Shown here piece by piece: positions 1 through 9,464 of a DNA stretch of 64,000 nucleotides (its first letter is position 1; every line of letters starts with the position of its first letter). The stretch is from Escherichia phage vB_EcoM-fFiEco06. The notes below the pieces were generated by a model. That model was not told the origin of the DNA and ran no database searches. It saw only the letters and a list, made by a program, of their open reading frames with translations. The DNA lies in the sequence record NC_054914.1; one strand, given 5' to 3'. The position numbers and the translations under genes are program-made.

Positions 1-600
1 TCAAACTTAGTAGATTTAACACCAGAAGAGCACTATGTAGCTCATCAACTTTTAGTAAAAATTTATCCTTCTGAACCAAAATTAGTCTATGCTGCTAACA
101 TGATGACAGTTTCCACGAAATACGCTAAACGCAACAATAAAACTTTCGGTTGGATTCGTCGTAAACTCTGGGAAATAGAAAAGAACAAAGAATTCTCCCA
201 GGAGACACGAAAGAAAATGTCTGATGCAGTAGCTAATAAAGCAAGACTAACTTGTCCTCATTGCGGTAAGTCTGGATTAAGCGGGAATATGAATCGTTGG
301 CATTTTGATAACTGTCCAAATCACCCTAATCCTAAAGTTAGACCACCAATGTCTAAAGAACACAGAAATAATATCTCAAACGGGCTTAAAGCAATCGTTC
401 TTGAAGAAACATCCTGCGAATTCTGCGGAATGATAGGCAAGAAATGCGTTATCGCAGCGCATAGAAATTTCTGCAAGAAAAATCCAAATGGACGCAAGAA
501 AACTGAAAAGACTGGTACTTGCGTCCATTGTGGTAAAGTTACCACTTTCGGAAATTTATCAAGATGGCATAATGATAACTGTAAATATAAACCTAGCTAA
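1..600 (+). CDS. Homing-endonuclease-like protein, C-terminal DNA-binding region (5' end lies outside window)
   Basis: Frame 1 is open from position 1. Three repeats of CxxCGK...RWH(F/N)DNC zinc-finger-like motifs and two NUMOD3-like S-x-E-x-R-x-x-(M/I)S segments. Opposite strand to all neighbours and convergent with gene 46. Confidence 0.4.
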   Translation, partial: SNLVDLTPEEHYVAHQLLVKIYPSEPKLVYAANMMTVSTKYAKRNNKTFGWIRRKLWEIEKNKEFSQETRKKMSDAVANKARLTCPHCGKSGLSGNMNRWHFDNCPNHPNPKVRPPMSKEHRNNISNGLKAIVLEETSCEFCGMIGKKCVIAAHRNFCKKNPNGRKKTEKTGTCVHCGKVTTFGNLSRWHNDNCKYKPS

Positions 601-2281
601 TCTTAGCTAAACTAAATCTACCAACTTTTTCCATTTGAATATGCTGACCATATTCTTGTGGGTCATGGTCTTTATGCGAAATTATGAAGAAGTTGGTATC
701 CTTCAAACCATCTAAAATTTTAGCTACATTTTTAATACCTTCAGCATCAAATGCACCGTCATACACTTCATCAAGAAATAAACAACTTATTTTAACACCT
801 GAAACTTTTTCAGCAATATCACGCCAAGTAAATAAAAGAGCAATATCAATTCGTGCTTTTTCACCTTGACTGAATGAAGCATAACTAAAATCTTCGCGAC
901 CACGGGATTTAATTGTCTCATTAAATTCTTCATCTAATGTAAACACATAATCCGCTTCCATTATTTTAAGATAATGGTTAATCTGCTTATTAAATAATGG
1001 AATGTACTTTTTAATAATAGCACCTTTAATACCAGAATCTTTGAGCATATCAGTCAAAATTCCTCGGTGGTATTTTTCCATTACTAAATTAGTTTTTGTC
1101 TTAACAATTTTATCAAGTTCTTCTTGAAGCAGTGCTATTTCATCAGCATGGTCAATAAACTCAGAAGATGCTTTTTCTATAGCCGCTTTAACCTTTTTAG
1201 CTTTATCTACTGCTGCGATCAGAGATTGCTTTTTATTGCGAATATCATTTGCTAACGACTGTTGGGTTTTAATATTATCTCGGTATTCATCAACAAGAAC
1301 TTTTAAATTATCACGATGTGTTGAAAGCTGTTCAAACGAATGCGTACATTCAGAAACTTTATCTTTAATTTTAGAAACAACTTTATCACCGGAACTCAAT
1401 TGTGACAAACAGGTTGGACATAATCCACCTTCGTGATACATATTAATGACTTTATTATACGAGTCAATTTTTGATTTAATTAAAACTGCTTCTTGACCGA
1501 TTTTATTAAATGCATCAGTCGGGTCTTCATCTAAAACAATATTAACTAATCTTTCATTAGCTTCTTCTATTTCCGATTTTAGCGTTCTAGCTTCTTTTGC
1601 CAAATCATCATACATATTTTGCAGACGAGTAAGATTGTCACCCGTTAATTTTTTCTGGCGTTCAACGTTATCATTATATATTTTAATTTGTTGGATAATA
1701 CTATCTTTTTTAACGTCAAGCACTTGGTTTTGTGAATTTAATTCACGTATTAGTGCTTTATTAAGCTTATCCATTTCAGCTAATGTTCCTACCTCAAGCA
1801 GGTCTTCCACAAGCTTTCTTCGCGCAGGGGTCGACAAACCCATGAAAGGGGTATACCCTGCTGTACCAAGGACAACAATCTGCTTGAAACTGGCATATGA
1901 CATTCCGATAAGCTGTTCAAATTCTGCTTGGAAATCTTTACTGCTGGCAGATTCATTAAGACGTGTACCGTTAACGGTGATTTCAAAAACGTTCGGTTTT
2001 TGTCCTCTTTTGATATAGTACTTTTTCTCATCATATTCCATCCACAGTTCAACTAAAAGTTCTTTCTTATTTGTGCTGTTTATTAATTGACCTTTCTTTA
2101 CATCACGAAATGGCTTGCCAAAAAGCCCAAATGTGATGGCTTCTAGCATAGTAGACTTACCACCGCCATTTCGTCCAGTAATAAGAGTTTTTTGAACCTT
2201 ATCTAATTGAATGTCAATAGGATTTCCACCTACTGACATTATATTTTGATACCTAACTCGGTTTAGTTTAAAATTCTTCAC
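593..2281 (-). CDS. 46: Recombination endonuclease subunit gp46 (Rad50/SbcC-like ATPase)
   Basis: 562 aa; Walker A GRNGGGKST; long coiled-coil with CPTC zinc hook; synteny with gp47. Confidence 0.9.
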   Translation of the reverse strand: MKNFKLNRVRYQNIMSVGGNPIDIQLDKVQKTLITGRNGGGKSTMLEAITFGLFGKPFRDVKKGQLINSTNKKELLVELWMEYDEKKYYIKRGQKPNVFEITVNGTRLNESASSKDFQAEFEQLIGMSYASFKQIVVLGTAGYTPFMGLSTPARRKLVEDLLEVGTLAEMDKLNKALIRELNSQNQVLDVKKDSIIQQIKIYNDNVERQKKLTGDNLTRLQNMYDDLAKEARTLKSEIEEANERLVNIVLDEDPTDAFNKIGQEAVLIKSKIDSYNKVINMYHEGGLCPTCLSQLSSGDKVVSKIKDKVSECTHSFEQLSTHRDNLKVLVDEYRDNIKTQQSLANDIRNKKQSLIAAVDKAKKVKAAIEKASSEFIDHADEIALLQEELDKIVKTKTNLVMEKYHRGILTDMLKDSGIKGAIIKKYIPLFNKQINHYLKIMEADYVFTLDEEFNETIKSRGREDFSYASFSQGEKARIDIALLFTWRDIAEKVSGVKISCLFLDEVYDGAFDAEGIKNVAKILDGLKDTNFFIISHKDHDPQEYGQHIQMEKVGRFSLAKIS

Positions 2282-2541
2282 AAAAGATTCCTTTTAATGT
2301 ATCTTTTAGACCATTCTATCATATCATCATAATCTAAAAAGTATTCATCAAATTCAGCCATGCAAACAACGCCTTGTGCTGTTTTTGATGTAATATAAAT
2401 TATTCCAACATATCTAGAATCTTCTTCGGTGTAATCAATATTTGCTATGAATTCATCATTAATGTCAAATGTCGAAAACTTCACAGTATGCATCCTTAAT
2501 ACAAGATACGGCCATATCTCGTAATGATTTAGGTGTGTCAT
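2278..2541 (-). CDS. Hypothetical protein (46.1 position)
   Basis: 87 aa ORF between 46 and 47, overlapping the gene 46 start. Confidence 0.5.
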   Translation of the reverse strand: MTHLNHYEIWPYLVLRMHTVKFSTFDINDEFIANIDYTEEDSRYVGIIYITSKTAQGVVCMAEFDEYFLDYDDMIEWSKRYIKRNLL

Positions 2542-2728
2542 TATCTAAAATGTTGAAGTTAAAGGATACAGCCCAGTCAGTGCAGACCGTAACCTTTTTA
2601 ATACAATTATCTTCAACCTCTAGCGGTTCAAACCAATATTCAATAATTTCTTTATGCCCAATATCATCTTTTACTTCGCATTCAAAATGCTGACTCATCA
2701 TAACATTTTTAAATTCATCAAAAGTCAT
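2465..2728 (-). CDS. Hypothetical protein (46.2 position)
   Basis: 87 aa ORF; start overlaps the gene 47 stop. Overlaps the previous ORF, so the true start is probably internal. Confidence 0.45.
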   Translation of the reverse strand: MTFDEFKNVMMSQHFECEVKDDIGHKEIIEYWFEPLEVEDNCIKKVTVCTDWAVSFNFNILDNDTPKSLRDMAVSCIKDAYCEVFDI

Positions 2729-3744
2729 TGTGTTGCCTCTACATATAGCTGATTTGCATATTGAATAAGTGCTTCACGGTCAGAATCAGTGATGTCTGGA
2801 ATTGCATTAATATACTCTTCCATTAATGTCTGAAGCGATTGGACTTCAACTTCTTCACTGTCATCTGACTCGACAGAGTTATCAATCTTTGACACAACTC
2901 GTAATGAATGCACAACTTTCTCTAGTTCAGATTCAAACTTCGTCAGATTTTTGTCTACTTCAGTTACTATAACACGTACTGATAGATTTGTAAAATCTTT
3001 ATAGTCAATTTTTCCTTTAAATGGATAATGAATTCTACGATGCCAGGTAGTATTGTTTGGAATAAATTCCATTCGTTCTGTTTCTGTATCAAACATCCAG
3101 AACCCGCGAGGGTCATTCTCGTCACCTGCAGTTAGTGTCCATGGTGTCCCAATATATCTGACGTTAGCAGCCTCAGAGATAGTATGGAAGTGACCAGACC
3201 ACACTTCTTTATAAGTCTTAAGGAAATCAGGTTCAAGACCATGAGATTTCATTCCTTTATAAAAATAAAATCCATTCAGTTCCCAGTGACCAACACAAAA
3301 AGAAGCAGATGAAGTTTTGATGTGTTCAAGAATTTCACCAGTATTTTCTTCACACATCCAAGGAATTAAATCAATCAAACATCCGTCAAAATCTACTGTA
3401 GTAGGCTTATCATACACTTTAACATTAGGATATTTAGCCAAAAGCTCAGTAGAGGCATTTGGATGCATTACATTTTTATAGTGGAGATCGTGATTTCCTA
3501 CAATAGTGTGTAATGTAATTCCAGCATCATCAAGCGTTTGAACTATTTCACGGGCAAACTCCATAGTTTTATGTGTGATCGCTTTTCGCACATCAAAAAT
3601 ATCACCGTATTGAATCCAGGTAGTAATTCCATTTTTCTTAGAATATTCTATTGCTTGTTTAATTCCATCAATTTGAATACCGCGAATCCACTCATCATCA
3701 GCTTTAACGCCTAAATGCCAATCACCTAAATTTAAAATTTTCAT
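2725..3744 (-). CDS. 47: Recombination nuclease subunit gp47 (Mre11/SbcD-like phosphoesterase)
   Basis: 339 aa; calcineurin-like motifs GDWH, GNHD, GHxH. Confidence 0.9.
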   Translation of the reverse strand: MKILNLGDWHLGVKADDEWIRGIQIDGIKQAIEYSKKNGITTWIQYGDIFDVRKAITHKTMEFAREIVQTLDDAGITLHTIVGNHDLHYKNVMHPNASTELLAKYPNVKVYDKPTTVDFDGCLIDLIPWMCEENTGEILEHIKTSSASFCVGHWELNGFYFYKGMKSHGLEPDFLKTYKEVWSGHFHTISEAANVRYIGTPWTLTAGDENDPRGFWMFDTETERMEFIPNNTTWHRRIHYPFKGKIDYKDFTNLSVRVIVTEVDKNLTKFESELEKVVHSLRVVSKIDNSVESDDSEEVEVQSLQTLMEEYINAIPDITDSDREALIQYANQLYVEATQ

Positions 3745-3904
3745 ATATCAAGAACCGTCATTGAAATGCAAAATAAAATTATTGAAATAAACCCATCTGG
3801 TGTGCTAAAGAAACCAATCCAGCATGCTCTAGTGAATAGATAAAATGCAAGAAAAAGTATCACATATCCAAAAAATATCATTATATCAAACTCCGTATAA
3901 AGCT

Positions 3905-3922
3905 AAAGGGCCGAAGCCCTTT
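3905..3922 (-). terminator. UUCG-tetraloop hairpin downstream of a-gt (terminator or RNA stability element)
   Basis: AAAGGGC-UUCG-GCCCUUU on the minus-strand transcript, overlapping the a-gt stop; weak U-tract. Confidence 0.45.
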
Positions 3923-5123
3923 ATTTTGTAATAATGTCAAACTGTTCTTTAAAGCAGAAGCTTGAATCTTGATGCTGATACAAAAATTCATATGCTTTTT
4001 CTCGCTCACGGTCATAAAGAGCTCGGTCAGATGACAGTTCTTTAATACGTTCAAACGTTGATTCCATATCATTTTCATCAAACCAAATGATACCGCTATC
4101 ATGCGAGGTCAAAGGAGTATTATCAACACGGAATTTTAAATTTTCGCCAGTAGATTTCCAAAATACCGGAATTGTTCCACATGCACCAAGCTCGAGATGA
4201 GTATATTCTAAAGAACGTTGCAGATATTTTTTATCCAACTTACTCAACTGATAACCAAATCCGGATTTACTCATGCGTTCAAGCATTTCGCTATTTACAT
4301 AACGGTCAAGAATTTGCGTTGGCAAATTAGGAGCAATTTTAATTTGGTCTACTTGATGAAGACGATAATACTCGTATGGAATTCCTTTTTCTTTAATAGG
4401 AATGAACGCTGGAGAACGTTCCAGACCTTCCATAATAGTACTTAGTCCTGCAGGTTTAAGATGTTTTTCATGAAAATCAAACATCTGATAAAAACCTTTC
4501 CATGTAGTCGTACGACCAATCCAACGGTTGATATTCATGTTAATTTCAGAAACATCTTTCCAGTAGGTTGACCGAACCTTCGCAATATCCATAGGAGGCT
4601 GAAAGTTATATACTGTCGGTGCTTCTTCAATATCATCAAACAGAGAAACAGTTTCTGGATACCATTCTTTCATCAGAACTTTATTAAAATCACCATTATC
4701 AGAATGACTAAAAATAACATCAGCTCGACGAACAGTTTCTTCTAATCCCAAATTTCGACGCAAAGAAAGAGAAGAATGGTCATGTTGATAAACTACAACA
4801 CGAACAGAAGGTTTAATGTTATCAATAATTTTTTTATAGTTATTAATAGTGTCTTCTTCAACCGAAGTAGCAGGAACTGAATTGATAATTAGAATATCAC
4901 AATCATTTACCAGCTTAAGTGTTTTATCATATTCTTTTGCCAATAAAACCGGAATTGAAAATGATTTATAATCATGCGCGCAATTACGAGTAAATGATTT
5001 ATCTTTAGCATAAACCAAAGTTACTTCATGACCATTTTTAATAAACCAATCACGTTGCTCGAGTGAGAATTTTGTTACACCACAACCTTCAAGACCTCGA
5101 GCCATAAAAATACATACTTTCAT
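3921..5123 (-). CDS. a-gt: DNA alpha-glucosyltransferase
   Basis: 400 aa; near-identical to T4 alpha-gt as recalled (N-terminus FMARGLEGCGVTKFSLEQRDWFIKNGHEV). Confidence 0.88.
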   Translation of the reverse strand: MKVCIFMARGLEGCGVTKFSLEQRDWFIKNGHEVTLVYAKDKSFTRNCAHDYKSFSIPVLLAKEYDKTLKLVNDCDILIINSVPATSVEEDTINNYKKIIDNIKPSVRVVVYQHDHSSLSLRRNLGLEETVRRADVIFSHSDNGDFNKVLMKEWYPETVSLFDDIEEAPTVYNFQPPMDIAKVRSTYWKDVSEINMNINRWIGRTTTWKGFYQMFDFHEKHLKPAGLSTIMEGLERSPAFIPIKEKGIPYEYYRLHQVDQIKIAPNLPTQILDRYVNSEMLERMSKSGFGYQLSKLDKKYLQRSLEYTHLELGACGTIPVFWKSTGENLKFRVDNTPLTSHDSGIIWFDENDMESTFERIKELSSDRALYDREREKAYEFLYQHQDSSFCFKEQFDIITK

Positions 5124-5149
5124 TTAATATCCTCTTTGTTTTGGTTTAT

Positions 5150-5193
5150 TTTACCAAAAATTTATAAAGCAATATAGGAGCCGAAGCTCCTAT
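5150..5193 (-). terminator. Rho-independent terminator (UUCG hairpin plus U-tract)
   Basis: AUAGGAGC-UUCG-GCUCCUAU followed by UUGCUUUAUAAAUUUUUGG. Confidence 0.6.
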
Positions 5194-5381
5194 CCACATA
5201 ATACGCCATACAGAGGCTCGTTAGAACTTTTAAATTTTATGCGCTTATATTTTATAGTTCCTTCTGCTTTAGCTTTATCATGAGACTCTTTAAAGCGTCT
5301 CATCATTTCCTCTTGAGAGGAACGAATTTTATTATAATCTATTTCAGAAGTCTGGTGTTCATCTTTCATAACTGCCACCAT
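5190..5381 (-). CDS. Hypothetical small protein
   Basis: 63 aa ORF in the a-gt to 55 interval. Confidence 0.35.
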   Translation of the reverse strand: MVAVMKDEHQTSEIDYNKIRSSQEEMMRRFKESHDKAKAEGTIKYKRIKFKSSNEPLYGVLCG

Positions 5382-5572
5382 TTTTTGACTTGATAAGAAT
5401 CAACCCACACTTTCATATTGGGGTCTGCTCTTACAATAGGAGGATTAACTTCTTTAATTGAACTATCATGGTATTCTTTTTCAGAAATTTTCACACAAAG
5501 ATGACCATTCAAAGATTCAGTAAATCCTGCATTAATTTTAAGACGCTTGAATTTTACGTGTGTAAGCATCAA
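5366..5572 (-). CDS. Hypothetical small protein
   Basis: 68 aa ORF co-oriented with neighbours. Confidence 0.35.
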   Translation of the reverse strand: MMLTHVKFKRLKINAGFTESLNGHLCVKISEKEYHDSSIKEVNPPIVRADPNMKVWVDSYQVKKWWQL

Positions 5573-5855
5573 TCATATCCTCAATCTGCGATCTAGTAGT
5601 CTTCCAAAGAATACTGATGAGTTCATCGTTATATGGCTGTTTCAGAATATCCCGACTTTTCTTGATAGCATATTCGTATTGAGCAAAATTATTGTTTTCA
5701 GCTGCGATCTGAGCGTGCTTATAAAGACGATTCAGTTCGCGTTTGTTTTTAGACAATAACTTATTTGCTTTTCTTTCTGCTTCAAGACGGTTCTTTTCTT
5801 CAATAGAAGAAATAAGCTTTTCCACTTCATCATTAATTTCGGGTTTATCAGTCAT
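5538..5855 (-). CDS. Hypothetical protein, helical/coiled-coil
   Basis: 105 aa, charged helical sequence. Confidence 0.45.
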   Translation of the reverse strand: MTDKPEINDEVEKLISSIEEKNRLEAERKANKLLSKNKRELNRLYKHAQIAAENNNFAQYEYAIKKSRDILKQPYNDELISILWKTTRSQIEDMIDAYTRKIQAS

Positions 5856-5856
5856 A

Positions 5857-6075
5857 TTATTTCTCTAATATAAAATAAAAATCATCATCTGTTAAATGAT
5901 ACCTGTAATTTAATTCTACACCATTAGATTTAAAAGCGGTATCATACGGATTTTCTGGATCAATATCAATGTCAAGAGCTAAAACTTCCCTGAGATACAT
6001 TTTAAGTAAATAGGGAATAGCTTCAACTTCAGGTATTTCTTCCAAGAATCCGGAGAGGTTAATCGTTAGCCTCAT
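5857..6075 (-). CDS. Hypothetical small protein
   Basis: 72 aa ORF immediately upstream of gene 55. Confidence 0.4.
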
Positions 6076-6616
6076 ATAAAAAATCCAAACTAGGAGAATC
6101 GTCTACAACACTTTTCTTTTCAGCCCCCGGTGTTCTATAGGTCGATTCTTCGTAATGCGTCATTTTATCGTAGATGTCTTGAATAAAAGTTTCATCTACT
6201 AACGCAACCATATCGTCGTCACGGCTGTCATAGACATTGTGAACGAAGTAACTGTATTTCTTTGCAACTTCCTTACGTTCTTTTTTAATACGTTGGACGA
6301 ATGCATTAAAACAAGCTTGAGTTATATATGCATGCGGGTTTTTATATTTCGTTTCATCAAAATTGTGAAGCCCCTTAATAGAAGCTTCTATACCATCTGC
6401 AATCATTTCTTGTTTCCAAGACTGGGTGTATCCTGAAAAGTTGAAACGTTTAGATAAGCCTTCTGCAATAAGCATAATGGCTAATCCGATAGTATCATTC
6501 TGACGAACTACTTTATTTGGGTCTTTATTATTTGCTAATTCTGTTTTCCAATCAATAATAGCTTGTAAAAGCTCTTTATTGTTTACGTAATTATATTTAG
6601 GCTTAGTTTCTGACAT
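6059..6616 (-). CDS. 55: Late-transcription sigma factor gp55
   Basis: Matches T4 gp55 ([23 protein letters not shown]...); start taken at the Met giving 185 aa. Confidence 0.88.
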
Positions 6617-6694
6617 TTTCACCTCTTAGCTCAATTCATAGATCTATTATATCATAATATTTGAAGATCTATCTTAAAGCATAGAGGATATCAG

Positions 6695-6964
6695 TTATCT
6701 AAGTAAACAGTATGCTTGGAACACTTTTTCCATCATCTTTTTAAATTCATGAATATCTATGTAATGACTAGTTAAATCAGCATGATATAAAAAGTCTAAA
6801 AACTTTTCATGTGTACTAACATATTCACTTTCATTTAATTCAGAAACATGGCTTTCCCAATATCCAACACCAGTCTTATTTGGGAAAAATGAAATTTTCA
6901 TGTATTTGTCAACATAGAAAATGCCATAATTTTCAATAGTAATAGAAATATTAATAAATTTCAT
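6695..6964 (-). CDS. Hypothetical protein
   Basis: 89 aa ORF in the 55 to nrdH interval. Confidence 0.4.
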   Translation of the reverse strand: MKFINISITIENYGIFYVDKYMKISFFPNKTGVGYWESHVSELNESEYVSTHEKFLDFLYHADLTSHYIDIHEFKKMMEKVFQAYCLLR

Positions 6965-7176
6965 ACATTCATCAACTTAGCCGCTTCAAGAGCTGCATCT
7001 AGTGAATCAAATTGATCAACATATTCAATCAATTCGCCGTAATTAGCATATAACCACCATTGGCTAAATTCATACTCAAGGATGAATCCGTTTCCTTCAA
7101 TTTGAGTTAAACCAATGCCATTTGTATTTACTTCATACCCAGCAAGACGTAAATCGTTAATAAGAGCTTCGTTCAT
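6961..7176 (-). CDS. Hypothetical small acidic protein
   Basis: 71 aa; start/stop coupled to neighbours. Confidence 0.4.
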   Translation of the reverse strand: MNEALINDLRLAGYEVNTNGIGLTQIEGNGFILEYEFSQWWLYANYGELIEYVDQFDSLDAALEAAKLMNV

Positions 7177-7178
7177 AA

Positions 7179-7505
7179 TTATACCTTAGTAATTTTCAGG
7201 TCTACAAATTTTTTCTTGCGTTGATTTTTCATGCGACGAATAGTTTTATCGGAAATTTCATGCTTTTGATAAGCTTTAGATTCTACACCAAAAGCTTTAA
7301 CATCAAATTCTGACAAGATATATTGAACCAACAATTCACGGACAGTATTGCGTCCAATCTTCTGATCATTCTGTTTCATCGTCTGATGAAGCTCTTTTTC
7401 CCATTTATCCAAAATTTGAGGAGTTACAATATCGCCTTTTTCTAGCAAAGAAACTACTTTATCATATGCGTAAGAATTAATGACGTTTTTAATTTGAATA
7501 GTCAT
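7179..7505 (-). CDS. Hypothetical protein
   Basis: 108 aa, basic C-terminus; follows the terminator at 7530-7559. Confidence 0.45.
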   Translation of the reverse strand: MTIQIKNVINSYAYDKVVSLLEKGDIVTPQILDKWEKELHQTMKQNDQKIGRNTVRELLVQYILSEFDVKAFGVESKAYQKHEISDKTIRRMKNQRKKKFVDLKITKV

Positions 7506-7529
7506 ACATTATCCTCAATTACGTTAAAA

Positions 7530-7559
7530 TTTTATTATCCAAAAAGGGCCGAAGCCCTT
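7530..7559 (-). terminator. Rho-independent terminator (UUCG hairpin plus U-tract)
   Basis: AAGGGC-UUCG-GCCCUU followed by UUUUUGG. Confidence 0.65.
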
Positions 7560-7758
7560 AGCTAAACTTTTTGGCACCCTTCCAGCCTTCGTACATCATT
7601 GCGACTGACAATGACAAAGCTCCTTCACATGCTGCATACTTATTATTCCAGAACCAATTTAGAAAAACTTCATCCTCAATACCATTGTGTTTCATGTTCT
7701 GGAAAAATTTGGCGCGTTCTTCAGCAATTCGCTGCGATAATTTAGATTCAGGATTCAT
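7558..7758 (-). CDS. Hypothetical small protein
   Basis: 66 aa ORF. Confidence 0.35.
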   Translation of the reverse strand: MNPESKLSQRIAEERAKFFQNMKHNGIEDEVFLNWFWNNKYAACEGALSLSVAMMYEGWKGAKKFS

Positions 7759-7974
7759 TTAAATTTCCCAATTGCCATTTTCATCAATAAATTTAATCCA
7801 GTCATTTACTGACCACTTAGTTGTATCGCCTTTTGGAGTAACATTTAAAGTATATAACCCCTGCTTAAAAAGCATTCGTTTGATATTCATATTTTCCTCA
7901 GCTATAACGATAACACTCGTTTGATTTACGTTTAGCAACTCGTTGAGAAGTATTATAATCAAAATCATCGTCAA
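7759..7974 (-). CDS. Hypothetical small protein
   Basis: 71 aa ORF. Confidence 0.3.
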   Translation of the reverse strand: MTMILIIILLNELLNVNQTSVIVIAEENMNIKRMLFKQGLYTLNVTPKGDTTKWSVNDWIKFIDENGNWEI

Positions 7975-8230
7975 TGTAAACTGATTTTTTCAACTTTCTT
8001 ACTTCACCGCGTAATTGACGATTTAACTCATCTTTAACTTCTGAATCAATACCTTTCATTCTACGCCATTTATCTGAGCGAAAAATGTTTTCAACCATAT
8101 CTTTATGACTTACACCATCAGGAGCTTTACGCTTTCCGAAATAGTCATAATCACGAACTTTCAAGTCTTTACGACGATACGTTTTACCCATGGAGTTTAA
8201 TTTCCTTAGCAACTGAACTAAATGCAGCAC
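7898..8230 (-). CDS. Hypothetical basic protein (start probably internal)
   Basis: 110 aa ORF overlapping the downstream ORF. Confidence 0.35.
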   Translation of the reverse strand: MLHLVQLLRKLNSMGKTYRRKDLKVRDYDYFGKRKAPDGVSHKDMVENIFRSDKWRRMKGIDSEVKDELNRQLRGEVRKLKKSVYIDDDFDYNTSQRVAKRKSNECYRYS

Positions 8231-8366
8231 GATCGCAAATCATGCGTTTATGTAACTTGAGTATAATATAGCAAACTTCAAAACTATTTACATGAGTAAC
8301 ACGAACAGCATTACCATTAATGAGATAATACTGTCCCTTTTTAATTTCTTTATCAACCATAACCAT
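8184..8366 (-). CDS. Hypothetical small protein
   Basis: 60 aa; early promoter lies just upstream (8393-8426). Confidence 0.35.
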   Translation of the reverse strand: MVMVDKEIKKGQYYLINGNAVRVTHVNSFEVCYIILKLHKRMICDRAAFSSVAKEIKLHG

Positions 8367-8392
8367 ATCAATTCCTCAAAGGCAATTCATAT

Positions 8393-8426
8393 GTTAATAA
8401 TACCACAGTTTGAGCTCGTTGTAAAC
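8393..8426 (-). promoter_or_regulatory. T4-type early promoter (-35 GTTTAC, -10 TATTAT)
   Basis: Minus-strand GTTTAC, 18-nt spacer, TGGTATTAT; A/T-rich upstream region. Confidence 0.5.
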
Positions 8427-8524
8427 AACTTTGTGAAAATTATTTTAGGGAATGATAAGAAGGGAACGATAGCTTAGAATGGTAATATACAGAATGTGAG
8501 AAAGAAGGACCCAGAGGGCCCGTC

Positions 8525-8848
8525 TTAGTCTTCTATGATATCTCTATCATATCCAAGTGAAATGAGAGTTTCTTTGAAATGTTTAATGTTCTTTTGTCTA
8601 GAATCATTAATGAAAATGACTGGATAACGAATGTTAAGAGATGTGAATCCAGCGCGTTTAGCAAGAGATACAATCAGTGGACGATCATACTCAATCTTAC
8701 CGTTATTTGTAAGAACTTTATAGAAAGTAAAAGGAGCATTGAGCTCCTTTAGAAGTTTTGTAACTGATTGACATCCAGGACAACGACCTACTTCTTCGGG
8801 GATGCCATAGATTTCAATCTTATTCTTTAAGTTCGAGTTTTGTTCCAC
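8525..8848 (-). CDS. nrdH: Glutaredoxin-like protein NrdH
   Basis: Thioredoxin-fold active site CPGCQ; position between 55 and nrdG. Start placed at an in-frame GTG preceded by AGGA, because the longer ORF overlaps the upstream gene. Confidence 0.6.
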   Translation of the reverse strand: MEQNSNLKNKIEIYGIPEEVGRCPGCQSVTKLLKELNAPFTFYKVLTNNGKIEYDRPLIVSLAKRAGFTSLNIRYPVIFINDSRQKNIKHFKETLISLGYDRDIIED

Positions 8849-9131
8849 GAGAAATAATTCCTTGATAAGCCCAGTATGGCGGGTTAACAGAATCCTCACC
8901 AGAGTTTTCTTCAGGAAAATAAACCTGGATAACAAATCCAGATGCATCAAAGGTAAAATAAACCGTAGGCAGTTCACCTAACAATTCGGCACGAGCATTA
9001 ATTTCTTCGAGATCTCGTTCACGTCCAGCCCAAAAACTAGGATTTAGACTACATTCGTAAAAATAATAGTCATTACCGAACATATCAAAACCCTTCCAAC
9101 TCTCTACCACATACCGCTCAAAACTAATCAT
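8820..9131 (-). CDS. Hypothetical protein
   Basis: 103 aa ORF. Confidence 0.4.
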   Translation of the reverse strand: MISFERYVVESWKGFDMFGNDYYFYECSLNPSFWAGRERDLEEINARAELLGELPTVYFTFDASGFVIQVYFPEENSGEDSVNPPYWAYQGIISRGTKLELKE

Positions 9132-9133
9132 AA

Positions 9134-9349
9134 TTAAGCCTTTTTATCAAGAACAGAATTCAGCTTGTTAGTAATTTTATCCAGACGCTCATTGAACTCG
9201 CTAGAAGATAAACCCTTTTCTGGAGAAATCAAACTAATCACGAAAAATATAGCAATAAAAGGAATAAGGAAAATAGCTCCAACTGCCATAAACAGAAAGA
9301 ATGTTACAGTTGTAAGAAAATCAGCTAAACCTTTACGAAATTTATACAT
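9134..9349 (-). CDS. Small membrane protein
   Basis: 71 aa with a hydrophobic stretch (FFLFMAVGAIFLIPFIAIFFVISL). Confidence 0.4.
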   Translation of the reverse strand: MYKFRKGLADFLTTVTFFLFMAVGAIFLIPFIAIFFVISLISPEKGLSSSEFNERLDKITNKLNSVLDKKA

Positions 9350-9464
9350 ATTTTACCCTTAATTGATTAACCAAGCATTGATAAGCACTAAACTATACTG
9401 CGAATAAAATTCTGGACCAAAATGAAAAATCATATCATTTATAGTATCCATAATGTAATTCAAT

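Noticed and set aside
684-2052. Plus-strand ORFs (684..869, 1236..1436, 1635..2018) and a minus ORF 1789..2052 inside gene 46
   Set aside because: They lie entirely within the well-supported gp46 coding region, on the opposite strand or in another frame, with no start signals; A/T-rich sequence produces such ORFs by chance.
3881-4102. ORF 3881..4102 (73 aa) overlapping the a-gt 3' end
   Set aside because: Out-of-frame overlap with the a-gt coding sequence and terminator hairpin; no independent support.
8500-8524. Possible hairpin at GGACCCAGAGGGCCC downstream of nrdH
   Set aside because: The arms are not properly complementary and there is no U-tract; not supported as a terminator.
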